A DNA stretch of 64,000 bases from Myxococcota bacterium (GCA_965223415.1 OZ245002.1:5440001-5504000), one strand, 5' to 3'. Counted from the first letter of the stretch, positions 40,295 through 50,117 are shown. The notes: generated from the letters alone by a model not told the origin. Made by a program: numbers and translations.

Positions 40295-40749
40295 GCATAG
40301 CTCCAGCTCTTCGCGGGTGCCGTGCCCTCGGCGTACTCCATGCACTGGATGTCGAACCAGATCGGCAGCAGGTACTTCACGTAGAAGGCGTGCACCGTCA
40401 CGTCGCCGGCGGCGAGATCCTCGTACTCCTTGATCCGCACGCGGTCGTCCTTCGCCTGCCACTTGCGGCAGGCTTCGAGCAGGGCGTCCACCTCGGCGCG
40501 GGTCTCGTAGAGGAGCCCCAGGTGGTCGTAGCCCGGCGAGTGGAGGGGCTCGTCCACCTCGGTCACGAGGATGAACTGGCTCGTCTCCGGATCCGAGCGC
40601 AGCAGCAGGCCGGTCTGCTTCAGGATGGGCACGTCGAGCCCCTCCCAGCCGAGGACCTCGCCGTAGAAGGTGCGCAGGGCTTCGCGGTGACGGGTGAGCT
40701 CGCCCTTGGCGAGGGTGAGCTCCATGTGGTTGAAGCGCATGTCGGGCAT
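40291..40749 (-). CDS. VOC/glyoxalase-like protein
   Basis: FNHMEL, FYGEVLGW and DHLGL motifs. Confidence 0.7.
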   Translation of the reverse strand: MPDMRFNHMELTLAKGELTRHREALRTFYGEVLGWEGLDVPILKQTGLLLRSDPETSQFILVTEVDEPLHSPGYDHLGLLYETRAEVDALLEACRKWQAKDDRVRIKEYEDLAAGDVTVHAFYVKYLLPIWFDIQCMEYAEGTAPAKSWSYA

Positions 40750-40786
40750 GCGGGGAGGCTACCCCAGGCGGCGCTACGCTCGGTGC

Positions 40787-41641
40787 GTGATCGAGGTGGA
40801 CGGCCTGGTCTTCTCCTACCCCGGGGCCACGAGACCCGCGGTGCAGGAGGTGTCCTTCGCGGTGGAGGCCGGCGAGGTCTTCGGCTTCCTCGGACCCAAC
40901 GGCGCCGGCAAGAGCACGACCCAGAAGATCCTGACGGGCCTGCTACGCGACTACACGGGCCGGGTGGACGTCCTCGACCGCGAGGTGCGGGCCTGGGGCG
41001 CGGACCTGTACGAGCGCGTGGGCGTCGGCTTCGAGCTGCCGGTGCACTACGGGCGGCTCACGGCCCGGGAGAACCTGCGCTACTTCGCGTCCCTCTACGC
41101 GGGGGAGACGGCGGACACGGACGAGCTGCTGGCCCAGGTGGACCTCCTGGACCAGGCGGACGTGCGGGTGGCGCGCTTCTCGAAGGGCATGCGGGTGCGG
41201 CTCTCCTTCGCCCGCGCGACCCTGAACCGCCCGGAGCTGCTGTTCCTGGACGAGCCCACCACCGGCCTCGACCCGCTGAGCGCGCGGCGCATCAAGGACC
41301 TGATCGAAGCGCACCGCGCCCGCGGAGCGACGGCCTTCCTCACCACCCACGACATGGCGACCGCCGACGAGCTGTGCGACCGCGTCGCCTTCCTGGTGGA
41401 CGGACGCGTGGCGCTGATCGATGCGCCGCGGGAGCTGAAGGTGCGCCACGGCGAGCGTCGCGTGCGCCTCGAGGTCCGGGCGAACGGGACGCTCGAGACC
41501 CGGGACTTCCCGTTGCAGGGCCTCGCCGAGAACGCGGCCTTCCAGGCGACCCTTCGCGAGCCGACCCTGGAGACGATCCACACCCAGGAGACCTCCCTGG
41601 AGGACATCTTCATCCGCGTCACCGGCCGGGAGCTCGGATGA
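40787..41641 (+). CDS. ABC exporter ATP-binding protein (Rv2688c-like)
   Basis: GPNGAGKST, FSKGM, LDEPTTGLDP and TTHDM motifs. Confidence 0.92.
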   Translation: MIEVDGLVFSYPGATRPAVQEVSFAVEAGEVFGFLGPNGAGKSTTQKILTGLLRDYTGRVDVLDREVRAWGADLYERVGVGFELPVHYGRLTARENLRYFASLYAGETADTDELLAQVDLLDQADVRVARFSKGMRVRLSFARATLNRPELLFLDEPTTGLDPLSARRIKDLIEAHRARGATAFLTTHDMATADELCDRVAFLVDGRVALIDAPRELKVRHGERRVRLEVRANGTLETRDFPLQGLAENAAFQATLREPTLETIHTQETSLEDIFIRVTGRELG

Positions 41642-42345
41642 GCCGGCTCACCGCGACCCTGCGGCTCGACGGGCGGCTCCAGGCGCGCAACCACGTGTAC
41701 TGGATCGTGGGCATCGCTGCCCTGGCCCTGGCGCTTCCCCTGCGCGCGCTCTTCACGCCGGACCAGCTCCGCTTCGTGATGCCGATCCTGGCACTCTCCG
41801 GCGTGACGCTCACGACGCTCTTCCTGGTCGGCGTGCTGCTGATGCTCGAGCGCGGAGAAGGCACCCTCGACGTGGTGCGGGTCTCGCCGCTGCGGCCCTC
41901 GGAGTACCTCGCTTCGAAGCTCGTGACGGTGACGGCCCTCGCCCTCGTCGAGAGCGCCGTCATCGTCGGCGCCGCCTACGGCGGGGACGTCTCGCCGCCC
42001 TGGCTCGCGCTGGCGGTGCTGCTGCGCGCCGGCCTGGTGGGGGCCATCAGCGTGGCGGTGGGCGTGCGGCACCGGAGCCTCACCGAGTTCCTGCTGCCGG
42101 CGATCGCCTGGACCCTGGCCCTCGACCTGCCGGTGCTCTGGTACCTGGAGCTGTGGACCTCCCCCATCCTCTACGCCTGGCCCACCCTGCCCTCCCTGCT
42201 GCTGGCCAAGGCCGCGTTCCTGCCCGTCGAAGGCTGGCAGCTCGTCTACGGCTGCGCGTACGGCGCGGTCGCGTTCGCGGCCGCCGTCGTCTGGGCCTCC
42301 CGCTCCCTCGATCGCTTCGTCGTGCGCGGGGAGCCGGCCTCGTGA
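41638..42345 (+). CDS. ABC exporter permease
   Basis: Hydrophobic; ERGEGTL...SPL...YLASK; ATGA coupling. Confidence 0.85.
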   Translation: MSRLTATLRLDGRLQARNHVYWIVGIAALALALPLRALFTPDQLRFVMPILALSGVTLTTLFLVGVLLMLERGEGTLDVVRVSPLRPSEYLASKLVTVTALALVESAVIVGAAYGGDVSPPWLALAVLLRAGLVGAISVAVGVRHRSLTEFLLPAIAWTLALDLPVLWYLELWTSPILYAWPTLPSLLLAKAAFLPVEGWQLVYGCAYGAVAFAAAVVWASRSLDRFVVRGEPAS

Positions 42346-43079
42346 GCGCGCCCCTCGGCCGGGCCCTGCGCGTCCTCGCGCCCAACGACGTCCGCCTCAT
42401 CTGGCGGGACGGCTTCCTGCTGCTCGTGATCGTGGCCCTCCCCCTCGCCTGCCTGGCGCTGCGCTGGCTGGTGCCGATGGTGACGGAGCTCGTCGCCGAG
42501 TGGGTCGCCCTGGAGCGCTACTACGGACTGATCCTCGCCTACCTGCTCGGACAGCAGCCCGTCGTCGTGGGCTACGCCATCGGGATCCTGTTCATCGAGG
42601 AGCGCGACGAGGGAACGCTGCTGGCGCTGCAGACGACGCCGCTTCCCCTCGCGAGCTTCCTCGGCTACCGGCTCGTCGCGGGCATGGCGGTGAGCGTGGC
42701 GCTCACGGTGCTCGGCGTCTCCCTCGCCGGCCTGGTGGAGCTGTCCCTCGCCGAGCTGCTGGGCGCGGCGGCCACCGCCTCCCTCGCGGTTCCGTTGGTG
42801 GCGCTCGGCTACGCGATCTACCTCGACAACAAGCTGCAGGCGGTGGCGTCCGGGAAGCTCGTGCAGGCCTGGGCCGGGCTCCCCGCCCTGCTCTTCTTCG
42901 CGCCCGCGCCCTGGCCGTGGATCGGCAGCCTGGCGGCGCCCCTCTACTACCCCATGCGGCTCTTCTGGAGCGCCGCCGAAGGACGCGCCGAGTGGTGGCT
43001 CGTCCTCCCCGCCGCGCTGCTCATGGGCGGCGCCACCCTCTGGCTGCTCCGGCGCTTCCGGCGCGCCTCCTTCGCTTGA
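42342..43079 (+). CDS. ABC exporter permease
   Basis: Hydrophobic; EERDEGTLLALQTTP; GTGA coupling. Confidence 0.85.
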   Translation: MSAPLGRALRVLAPNDVRLIWRDGFLLLVIVALPLACLALRWLVPMVTELVAEWVALERYYGLILAYLLGQQPVVVGYAIGILFIEERDEGTLLALQTTPLPLASFLGYRLVAGMAVSVALTVLGVSLAGLVELSLAELLGAAATASLAVPLVALGYAIYLDNKLQAVASGKLVQAWAGLPALLFFAPAPWPWIGSLAAPLYYPMRLFWSAAEGRAEWWLVLPAALLMGGATLWLLRRFRRASFA

Positions 43080-43112
43080 CAAGCTGCCGGCCATGGGCGA
43101 TTCGGAGGTGCC

Positions 43113-44282
43113 ATGGCCGTCCCGCTCCTCGACCTGCGCGCCCAGTACGCCGAGATCGCCGACGAGATCGACGAGGCACTGCGGCGGGTCGTGCGCAGCC
43201 AGCGCTTCGTGATGGGCGAAGAGGTCGAGGCCCTCGAGGAGGAGATCGCGGCCTACACCGAAGCGCGTCACGCGGTCGGCTGTGCCTCGGGCTCCGACGC
43301 GGTGCTCCTGGCGCTCTGGGCGTTGGACATAGGCCCCGGCGACGCCGTGCTCTGCCCGACCTACACCTTCTTCGCCACCGCGGGATCGATCTCCCGCCTC
43401 GGCGCCCGGCCCGTGTTCGTCGACCTCGACCCCGCCACCTACAACCTGTGCCTGGATTCCGCGCGCCGCGCCGCCGAGGGCCGGAGCGACCTCAAGGCCG
43501 TCATTCCGGTGGATCTCTACGGCCAGGCCGCCGACCTGGCGGGCACGCGCGCCCTGGCCGACGAGCTCGGCATCGCCGTGGTCGAGGACGCCGCCCAGGC
43601 GATCGGAGGGCGCGACCGGGAAGGCCGGCCGGTGGGCTCGGCCTGCGAGCAGGTCACCTTCAGCTTCTTCCCCAGCAAGAACCTGGGCGCCTTCGGCGAG
43701 GGCGGCATGATCACGACGGCGAGCGACGAGCTGGCCGAGCGCCTCCGCCTCCTGCGCCTGCACGGCGCCGAGCCCAAGTACCACCACACCCTCGTCGGCA
43801 TGAACTCGCGGCTCGACGCGCTGCAGGCCGCGGTGCTGCGGGTGAAGCTGCGCCACCTCGAGGGCTGGCACGAGCGGCGGCGCCAGAACGCGGAGCACTA
43901 CGACGCGCTCTTCCTCGGCGCGGGCGCCCGGGATTCGCGGATCTCCCTCGACGAGCCGGCCGAGCTGCCCCTGCGCGTGCCCTTCCGGGAGCCCGAGCCG
44001 GTCCGTCACATCGTGAACCAGTACGTCGTCCGCGTGCCTGCGGAGCGGCGCGACGCCCTGCGCGAGCACCTGGCCGCGGCGGAGATCGGCAGCGAGATCT
44101 ACTACCCGATCCCGCTCCACCTCCAGGCCTGCTTCACCGAGCTGGGCGGCCGCCCCGGCGACCATCCCCACGCCGAGCGCGCCGCCGCCGAGACCGTGGC
44201 CCTCCCCGTCTACCCCGAGCTCACGAAGGCGGGGCGCGAGACCGTCGCGACCCACGTGATCGACTTCCTGCGCCAGGGCTAG
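43113..44282 (+). CDS. DegT/DnrJ/EryC1/StrS PLP-dependent sugar aminotransferase
   Basis: EDAAQAIG, SFFPSKNLGAFGEGG and NSRLDALQAA motifs. Confidence 0.93.
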   Translation: MAVPLLDLRAQYAEIADEIDEALRRVVRSQRFVMGEEVEALEEEIAAYTEARHAVGCASGSDAVLLALWALDIGPGDAVLCPTYTFFATAGSISRLGARPVFVDLDPATYNLCLDSARRAAEGRSDLKAVIPVDLYGQAADLAGTRALADELGIAVVEDAAQAIGGRDREGRPVGSACEQVTFSFFPSKNLGAFGEGGMITTASDELAERLRLLRLHGAEPKYHHTLVGMNSRLDALQAAVLRVKLRHLEGWHERRRQNAEHYDALFLGAGARDSRISLDEPAELPLRVPFREPEPVRHIVNQYVVRVPAERRDALREHLAAAEIGSEIYYPIPLHLQACFTELGGRPGDHPHAERAAAETVALPVYPELTKAGRETVATHVIDFLRQG

Positions 44283-44288
44283 ACGCCC

Positions 44289-45671
44289 ATGGCCTTCTCG
44301 CGCTGGCGCGACCACGACCACACCCGCGGCAGCCTGCTCACCTCGATCCTGGCGCTGGCCGTGCCCTCGATCGTCACCTCGGTCGGCGCCATGGGCCTGT
44401 TCCAGATGGTCGACCTGTGGTTCCTGGGCCAGCTCGGGCCGGACGCCCTGGCCGCCGCCGGCGCCACGAACCAGACGCTGCGCCAGATCATCTTCCTCGT
44501 GACGATGGGGCTGATGACCGCGACCCAGATGTTCGTCGCCCGCAGCATCGGCGAAGGCGCCATCGACCGCGCCGAGCACACAGCCGGCCAGACCCTGCTG
44601 ATCGGCACGGGGATCTGGCTGGCCGTCACCGCCCTCGGCCTCTTCGCCGCCCGCCCGCTCGTGAGCCTGGTCGCGACCGACCCGGCGGTGATCGACCTGG
44701 GCGAGGCCTACGTGCGCGTCGCCTTCCCGTTCATGGCCGCGGCCATCTTCACCCAGCTCGCCTCGGCGGTGCTGGGCGGCGCAGGCGACACGACCACCCC
44801 GATGATCGCCAGCTTCGTGCAGACGCCCATCGCGCTGCTCGGCGAGTGGTGCTTCGGCTTCGGTCACCTGGGAGCCCCGAACCTGGGCATCGTCGGGATC
44901 GCCCTGGGCACGGGCCTCGGCGGTTTGGCGGGCCTGGCCGTGCTGATCGCCGCCCTCTTCCGCGGCGGCGCCCGCGTGCACGTGCGCGCCCATCACCTGC
45001 GCCCGGACCTCCGCGCCATGGGCGACCTCCTGCGCTTCTCCTGGCAGCCGGCGGCGCACATGCTGGCCCGCAGCACCATCGTCGTCTTCTTCATGACCCT
45101 CGCCGGAAGGCTCGGCGGCGAGGTGCAGGCCGCCTACACCATCGGCCTGCGCGTGGAGATGCTGCCGATCATGGTGGCGTTCCCGATCGCCAACGCCTGC
45201 GCCACGATGGTCGGCCAGAACCTGGGCGCGGGCTCCCTGCCCCGGGCCTGGCGCGCGATCCGCGTCACCTTCGCCGTCGAGCTCGCCGCCATGTGGCCCG
45301 CGGCCCTGGCGATCTTCCTCTTCCGCCACACGCTCGTCGGCTGGTTCACCGACGATCCGGAGGTCGCGCGCCTGGCCGCCGAGTACCTCGTCTACGCCTC
45401 CGTGATCCTCGCCTTCTACGGCCTCTACTTCGCCTCCTTCCGCGCGCTCCAGGCCGCCGGCGACATGACCTCCCCGATGGTCATCTCGATCAGCGTCGCC
45501 GGCTTCCTCGGCATCCCCCTGGCCCTCTACCTGACCGGCACCGACTACGGCGCCACCGGCATGTGGATCGCGAACCTGGCCTACGCCCTCGTGAACGCCC
45601 TGCTGATGGTCGGCTGGCTCCTCACCGGACGCTGGGCGCGGCCCCACGTCCCGGATGCGCCGCCAGGATAG
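44289..45671 (+). CDS. MATE-family transporter
   Basis: Multi-TM protein; GAGDTTTPM, VGQNLGAG and AAGDMTSPM motifs. Confidence 0.9.
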   Translation: MAFSRWRDHDHTRGSLLTSILALAVPSIVTSVGAMGLFQMVDLWFLGQLGPDALAAAGATNQTLRQIIFLVTMGLMTATQMFVARSIGEGAIDRAEHTAGQTLLIGTGIWLAVTALGLFAARPLVSLVATDPAVIDLGEAYVRVAFPFMAAAIFTQLASAVLGGAGDTTTPMIASFVQTPIALLGEWCFGFGHLGAPNLGIVGIALGTGLGGLAGLAVLIAALFRGGARVHVRAHHLRPDLRAMGDLLRFSWQPAAHMLARSTIVVFFMTLAGRLGGEVQAAYTIGLRVEMLPIMVAFPIANACATMVGQNLGAGSLPRAWRAIRVTFAVELAAMWPAALAIFLFRHTLVGWFTDDPEVARLAAEYLVYASVILAFYGLYFASFRALQAAGDMTSPMVISISVAGFLGIPLALYLTGTDYGATGMWIANLAYALVNALLMVGWLLTGRWARPHVPDAPPG

Positions 45672-45701
45672 AGCGCGGCCGTGGCCTATGTTCCGGAGCC
45701 C

Positions 45702-45775
45702 GGGCGCGTAGCTCAGTTGGCTAGAGCACCTGCCTTACAAGCAGGGGGTCCCCCGTTCGAGTCGGGGCGCGCCCA
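45702..45775 (+). tRNA. tRNA-Val(TAC), CCA not encoded at this copy (attL)
   Basis: GGGCGCGTAGCTCAGTTGGCTAGAGCACCTGCCTTACAAGCAGGGGGTCCCCCGTTCGAGTCGGGGCGCGCCCA followed by GGGG. Confidence 0.95.
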
Positions 45776-46651
45776 GGGGCGCGGGGGCGTCGAAGTGCCC
45801 GGCGCTACAGGCGAAGTGTCGACGCGCTCACTAGGTCGCTCACGGTCGGCTTGACCTGCCGCGACCGCCGGTGCCGCCAGGTGCCGTTCGGAGACGTTCG
45901 TGAGGGCGTCCGCGTAGCCAGTCGTCTCGTCGGGGAGGAAGTGCCCGTAGGTGTCCCAAAGCATCGACGCGCTCTCCCAGCCACCCTGGGCCTGAACCCA
46001 CTTCGGGTTCGTGCCCCGCGCCAGGTGGAGCGTCGCGAACGTGTGTCGCAGTCCGTGGGGGGTCAACCCCCGATCGGCCCCAAGGACATCTTCGACGAGC
46101 TTGTCGAAGGTCCGGCTACGGAAGTTCTTGGGATTGCGGAATCCCCCTTCCCGGGTCGGGAACACCAACGTGTCAGGGCCGAAGAGGTCGGGGCGCCGTA
46201 GCTCCAGCTCATGTCGAAGACGGCCAGACAGCTCGATGCTGCGACTCACTCCGGTCTTTGTGCTCTCCATCAGGTGCTTGCCGCTGGAGAAGCTTCGGCA
46301 AATTCGGGCTTTGCCCGCGTGCAGGTCTACGTCAGCCCAACGCAAAGCGCTCGCCTCGCCGATTCGAGCCCCTGTGTCGGCCATGAATAGGATGAAAGGG
46401 AAGTCGAACGGGAACCGGGCCTGAGCCCGCCTCAGAAACGCGTCAAGCTCGTCTCCAGTCAGGACGTTCTCGGGATTGACCTCACGAGAACGCCGGCCAC
46501 GTCGCCGCCGCCGGTTTCGCATCCAGACCTCTGCCGGATTGCGGGCGATGTGCTCCCTCGATTCGGCATCCGCGAGGACAAGCCGGAGGGTCTTGATGAC
46601 CTTGAGAATCCATACATCGGACCAGACCTCCCGACGGACCCAAGAGCTCAA
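45713..46651 (-). pseudogene. Tyrosine integrase, N-terminally truncated
   Basis: TGARIGE, TKTG, HGLRHTFAT, GGW and DTYGH catalytic motifs; arm-binding and most of the core-binding domain missing. Confidence 0.88.
45870..45886. repeat. GGTGCCG x2, candidate arm-type sites (left)
   Basis: 10-bp period, ~95 bp from the att core; same motif recurs at 50035-50061. Confidence 0.6.
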
Positions 46652-46930
46652 GCCGTCGCTGATGTCATTGGACCGATGATCCCCATCGCCATCGCAAGTG
46701 GAGTAGCATCAACGGTAGTTGCGCCGGTGGCGGCCGGGGGCGTGTCTGTATACACGTCGGTGCAGGCAGGAGCTATCAACTACGTCGGCATCACGAACAA
46801 GATTGCGAGACGGGCTGGTGAGCAGCTCCTCGAGCGAGGCATCGCGATTCGGGGAGTTCCGGGCCTTGAGAACTTGACGCGTCTACAGGCGCGAGGAGTT
46901 GAGCAGGCTCTCATAAACTCCCTAGGTCTA

Positions 46931-48589
46931 CTTCCCGTCCGAGAAGAGCCGTTCGTCGGCCTCTTAGTGGATCGTTGGCGGTCTTCGCGGGCGTTGAGAG
47001 TAGCGATGTCACAGCAGTCCCGGAGCCGTCGGGGTGAGTGAGCGACCGTGTTCCGATGCGCGGGCGCACGTGTCCACCGACCGAACCACTCTCAGGGGTT
47101 CAGGCGAACTCGCGAGTCAGCAGGTGGCGGGCCAAGGCGACGAGGTTGAAGCTCGTCACACTGGCCCAGACATAGGCCTTGAAGGACGCCAGGCCCCGCC
47201 AGGTGCATCGGTCCATCTGGAACGCTCGCTTGAGCGTCGAGATCACGCCCTCGATCCCCGAGCGGAAGTCACGAAGGCGCCGGAAGACCCAGGCGCTGCG
47301 CACCATCTCGTGGACCTCGAGTCCGCTCTTCTTGTTGAAGGCCATGTCTTCCACGCCGAGCGCCTTGGCCTTGGCAACGTTGTCCATGGACGCGAAGCCT
47401 CCGTCCATCGCCACTTGGCGGGGTGCCTTGCCGAAGAGATCTGCATGGCGCTCGAGCGTACGTTCGACCAGCGTCGAGTCCGTAGGGTTTCCTTCCTCGA
47501 TGACACAGTCGAGGACGAGTGACGACCTGCCGCCAGTCAGACAGACCTTGTGACCGTAGTAGGTGCCTCGATTGTCCTTCACGAGGATGTCCGAGTGCGG
47601 CTCGAAGATCGACACGATCTTCTCGGCTGCAGGGACGCGCTCGCCTTCGAGGACACGGCGACGGCTCTGATCGATGACGCGCTCGACGAGGGGAAGCACC
47701 GCGAGGAGCTCTTCGCGAAGCGGCGTCGTGTCTTCGACTCGGGCGACCCTCTCCGCGACGCTACGGGCCGCTTGGCAGACCTCTTCCGTGGCCCGGATCA
47801 TGCACCGATAGCTCGCGACCAGGTTGATCGACCGCCGGTGGAACTTGATCGCGTAGGCGCGTCGCTTCACGCAACGACGACGATCCGGGAACATCTTGCG
47901 CAGCGAAGGGCGTTGCTTCGCCATCCTTCGCAAAATCCGCGTCATCACCCGAACGCTGTCCCAGAGCAGGGCCGAGTCGGCGGGCTCGTGGATGTTCGCC
48001 TCGACGACCGTCGTATCCGCCCGAATCGTCTCGCCTCGTTCGATTCCTTCCCGGCGAGCCAGGCCGATCAACGCACGGTGGATGGCTTCCCACGTCTCGG
48101 GCCGGATCCGTTTGACGTTGTCCTGAAGGGTCTGGAAGCGGGGCCAGTCACCAAGCCCGAGTCCTACGAAGCTGCGGAAGGCGGCCGAGTCCTGGAGGTG
48201 AAACTCCAACTCCCGGTAGCTCAGCCCGTGGATCTGCTTGAGTAGGGCGATTCGAAGGACCTGATCGCCGCTGAGGCCCCGACGGCCGGTATCGGCGCGA
48301 CGTTCCCCGATCAGATCTCCGTGCACAACAGCACCCAAGCGCGGATCCGCCCCGAGGATCCTGGCGATCATCTGCAGCTCTCGGGTATGTTGATGCGGAC
48401 CCCATGTGGGCGTGAGTGAGAGCTGAGTTTCTCGGAATTGGCGCATCGCTTCACCCCCCGGTTGGCGAATTGCTGTGTATGTTCGGTAGGTTGGCACCAC
48501 CTAACATACACCAATCGCAACTCGATCGGGAGGCGCGTTTGCGCCAATTCCTTTTCTTCTCAGTGACTTACGAGTTCTTGGACGGGAAG
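46931..48589 (-). mobile_element. Insertion sequence (~1.66 kb; IS5-like/ISNCY DDE type)
   Basis: Terminal IRs CTTCCCGTCC(G/A)AGAA (14/15); flanking duplication TAGGTCTA at 46923-46930 and 48590-48597. Confidence 0.92.
47100..48446 (-). CDS. DDE transposase
   Basis: SYRELEFHLQDS, RADTTVVEANIHEPADS, EKIVSIFEPH, MDGGF and FRSGIEGVIS motifs. Confidence 0.93.
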   Translation of the reverse strand: MRQFRETQLSLTPTWGPHQHTRELQMIARILGADPRLGAVVHGDLIGERRADTGRRGLSGDQVLRIALLKQIHGLSYRELEFHLQDSAAFRSFVGLGLGDWPRFQTLQDNVKRIRPETWEAIHRALIGLARREGIERGETIRADTTVVEANIHEPADSALLWDSVRVMTRILRRMAKQRPSLRKMFPDRRRCVKRRAYAIKFHRRSINLVASYRCMIRATEEVCQAARSVAERVARVEDTTPLREELLAVLPLVERVIDQSRRRVLEGERVPAAEKIVSIFEPHSDILVKDNRGTYYGHKVCLTGGRSSLVLDCVIEEGNPTDSTLVERTLERHADLFGKAPRQVAMDGGFASMDNVAKAKALGVEDMAFNKKSGLEVHEMVRSAWVFRRLRDFRSGIEGVISTLKRAFQMDRCTWRGLASFKAYVWASVTSFNLVALARHLLTREFA

Positions 48590-48741
48590 TAGGTCTAGCG
48601 AAGAACGGGGGATCTCTTCTGAACAAGATCAACAGCATTTCGCCGAAGAACGCCAACTACAACGCGTTGGTTCGGGAAGGCCAGCGGCTCCTGCGGAGAG
48701 CGGGGTTCCCGGGCTTCTAGAGGGACTCACGTAGGGGCAAC

Positions 48742-49209
48742 ATGACAGTCAAGAAAGCAAGGCCTGGCGATGTGTTCGAAATCGGCACCAGCCGCGGCCT
48801 CGCGTACGCGCAGATCACTCACCGTCACAAGCAGTACGGCCATCTGGTACGCGTCCTGCCAGGGCTCTTCCCTGCGACTCCCAGGGACCTCGGAGGTCTT
48901 GTGAGTGAGCCGGCCGCGTTCGCAACATTCTTCCCGCTCGACGCCGCGCTGAGGGCAGGGGTTGTCAAGGCGATTGGGAACTACCCGATTCCACGCTCAG
49001 CAGCCGGCTTTCCGTTGTTCAGAACTGGCGTTCCCAATCCTGCAACCGGCGAAGTGGAGACGTGGTGGTTTTGGGACGGCGAAAGGGAGTGGCGTGTCGG
49101 TTCGATCTCTGACGAGCAGCAGTCAATGCCCATCAGGGAGATCCTCACGCTCCCGACGCTTGTGGAGAGGATCGAGGATCAGGAGGCAAAGGGGGGCGGC
49201 TCCGGTTAG
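48742..49209 (+). CDS. Probable immunity protein (Imm26-like)
   Basis: GDVFEI...GLAYAQ...YGHLVRV and WWFWDGEREW; lies directly downstream of the toxin stop. Confidence 0.7.
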   Translation: MTVKKARPGDVFEIGTSRGLAYAQITHRHKQYGHLVRVLPGLFPATPRDLGGLVSEPAAFATFFPLDAALRAGVVKAIGNYPIPRSAAGFPLFRTGVPNPATGEVETWWFWDGEREWRVGSISDEQQSMPIREILTLPTLVERIEDQEAKGGGSG

Positions 49210-49225
49210 CCTTGCCGGCGAATCA

Positions 49226-49627
49226 ATGGGTGCATGGGGCGTAGGCTGCTTCGACAACGATGACGCTGTTGATTGGCTGAATCGGATCATTAGCGCGGAG
49301 GACGGTCTGCTAGAGGTCGAGGGGGCGCTTCAAGCTGTGGTTCATGACTCCGCCGCTGAGTACGTCGACGCACCGGAAGCCTGTGAAGCGTTGGTTGCGG
49401 CTGAGGTTGTCGCAGCCTTGTGCGGAAGTCCCGCGCGCCATCTCCCCCCCGAGTTGATCGCCTGGCTGAGCGGGAAGCCTGTTGCCGACAATGACACCCG
49501 AGGTCTCGCACGCGAGGCCGTCGAGCAGATCGGAATACGATCAGAGCTGCGAGAGCTGTGGGGCGAGTCCGGTGAGCTAGCCGAGTGGTTCTCGGTGCTA
49601 CGCGACCTGGCCGATCGCCTTCAATAG
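49226..49627 (+). CDS. DUF4259 family protein
   Basis: MGAWGVGCFDNDDAVDW, ALVAAEVVA and SELRELW motifs. Confidence 0.85.
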   Translation: MGAWGVGCFDNDDAVDWLNRIISAEDGLLEVEGALQAVVHDSAAEYVDAPEACEALVAAEVVAALCGSPARHLPPELIAWLSGKPVADNDTRGLAREAVEQIGIRSELRELWGESGELAEWFSVLRDLADRLQ

Positions 49628-49858
49628 TGCGAAGGCGCTTCGGTGTCGGCTGTCGCGTGGCGTACGAATGTTGAGCCAGCGGTCGGCGGGAGGACCGAGA
49701 ATGGCCGCAACGGACTGCCATGGCGGGTGCTGATCGGGCACGCGGATTTGGAGTGCCGGCGGTCGAGGTCTTGTCCCCCAGGGGAATAGCCACTCCCGGA
49801 GGTTCTCCAATTTTCGAGAGGTCCCACTGACGAAACCGAGGGGGGTCCGTGGGTGGGT

Positions 49859-49886
49859 CCCCCCCCCCCCCCCCCCCCCCCCCCCC
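49859..49886. repeat. Poly-C homopolymer (28 nt)
   Basis: Seen directly in the sequence. Confidence 0.9.
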
Positions 49887-50034
49887 TGGTGCCGGCAGGG
49901 CGGCCCAGCACATGCGGCACAACCACGTGTAGGGTCCGCCTGGGGGGCGTCGGGGCGTCACCGGCGCCCTGCCCTGCTCCCTCGCGCAGCCGCTTGGCTG
50001 AGCCGCGTTGCACGGCCGCGTGTCGCATCCAGAA

Positions 50035-50061
50035 CAGGTGCCGTCAGGTGCCGCGGTGCCG
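50035..50061. repeat. (CA)GGTGCCG x3, candidate arm-type sites (right)
   Basis: CAGGTGCCG-T-CAGGTGCCG-C-GGTGCCG. Confidence 0.6.
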
Positions 50062-50117
50062 TCCCAGGATCATCACGGTTCCGCACATTGCCGCTCCCTG
50101 CAGAGGCCCAGACACAA

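Larger units (their letters stand above)
46610..48720 (+). pseudogene. Polymorphic-toxin C-terminal fragment (GIY-YIG-like nuclease) interrupted by an IS
   Basis: Removing the IS and one TSD copy restores the frame: ...SVYTS..NYVGITNKIARR..ARGVEQALINSLGL|AKNGGSLLNKINSISP..GFPGF*. Confidence 0.75.

Noticed and set aside
46550..47041. 163-aa ORF as an intact gene
   Set aside because: It is a chimera of integrase antisense, toxin fragment and IS end.
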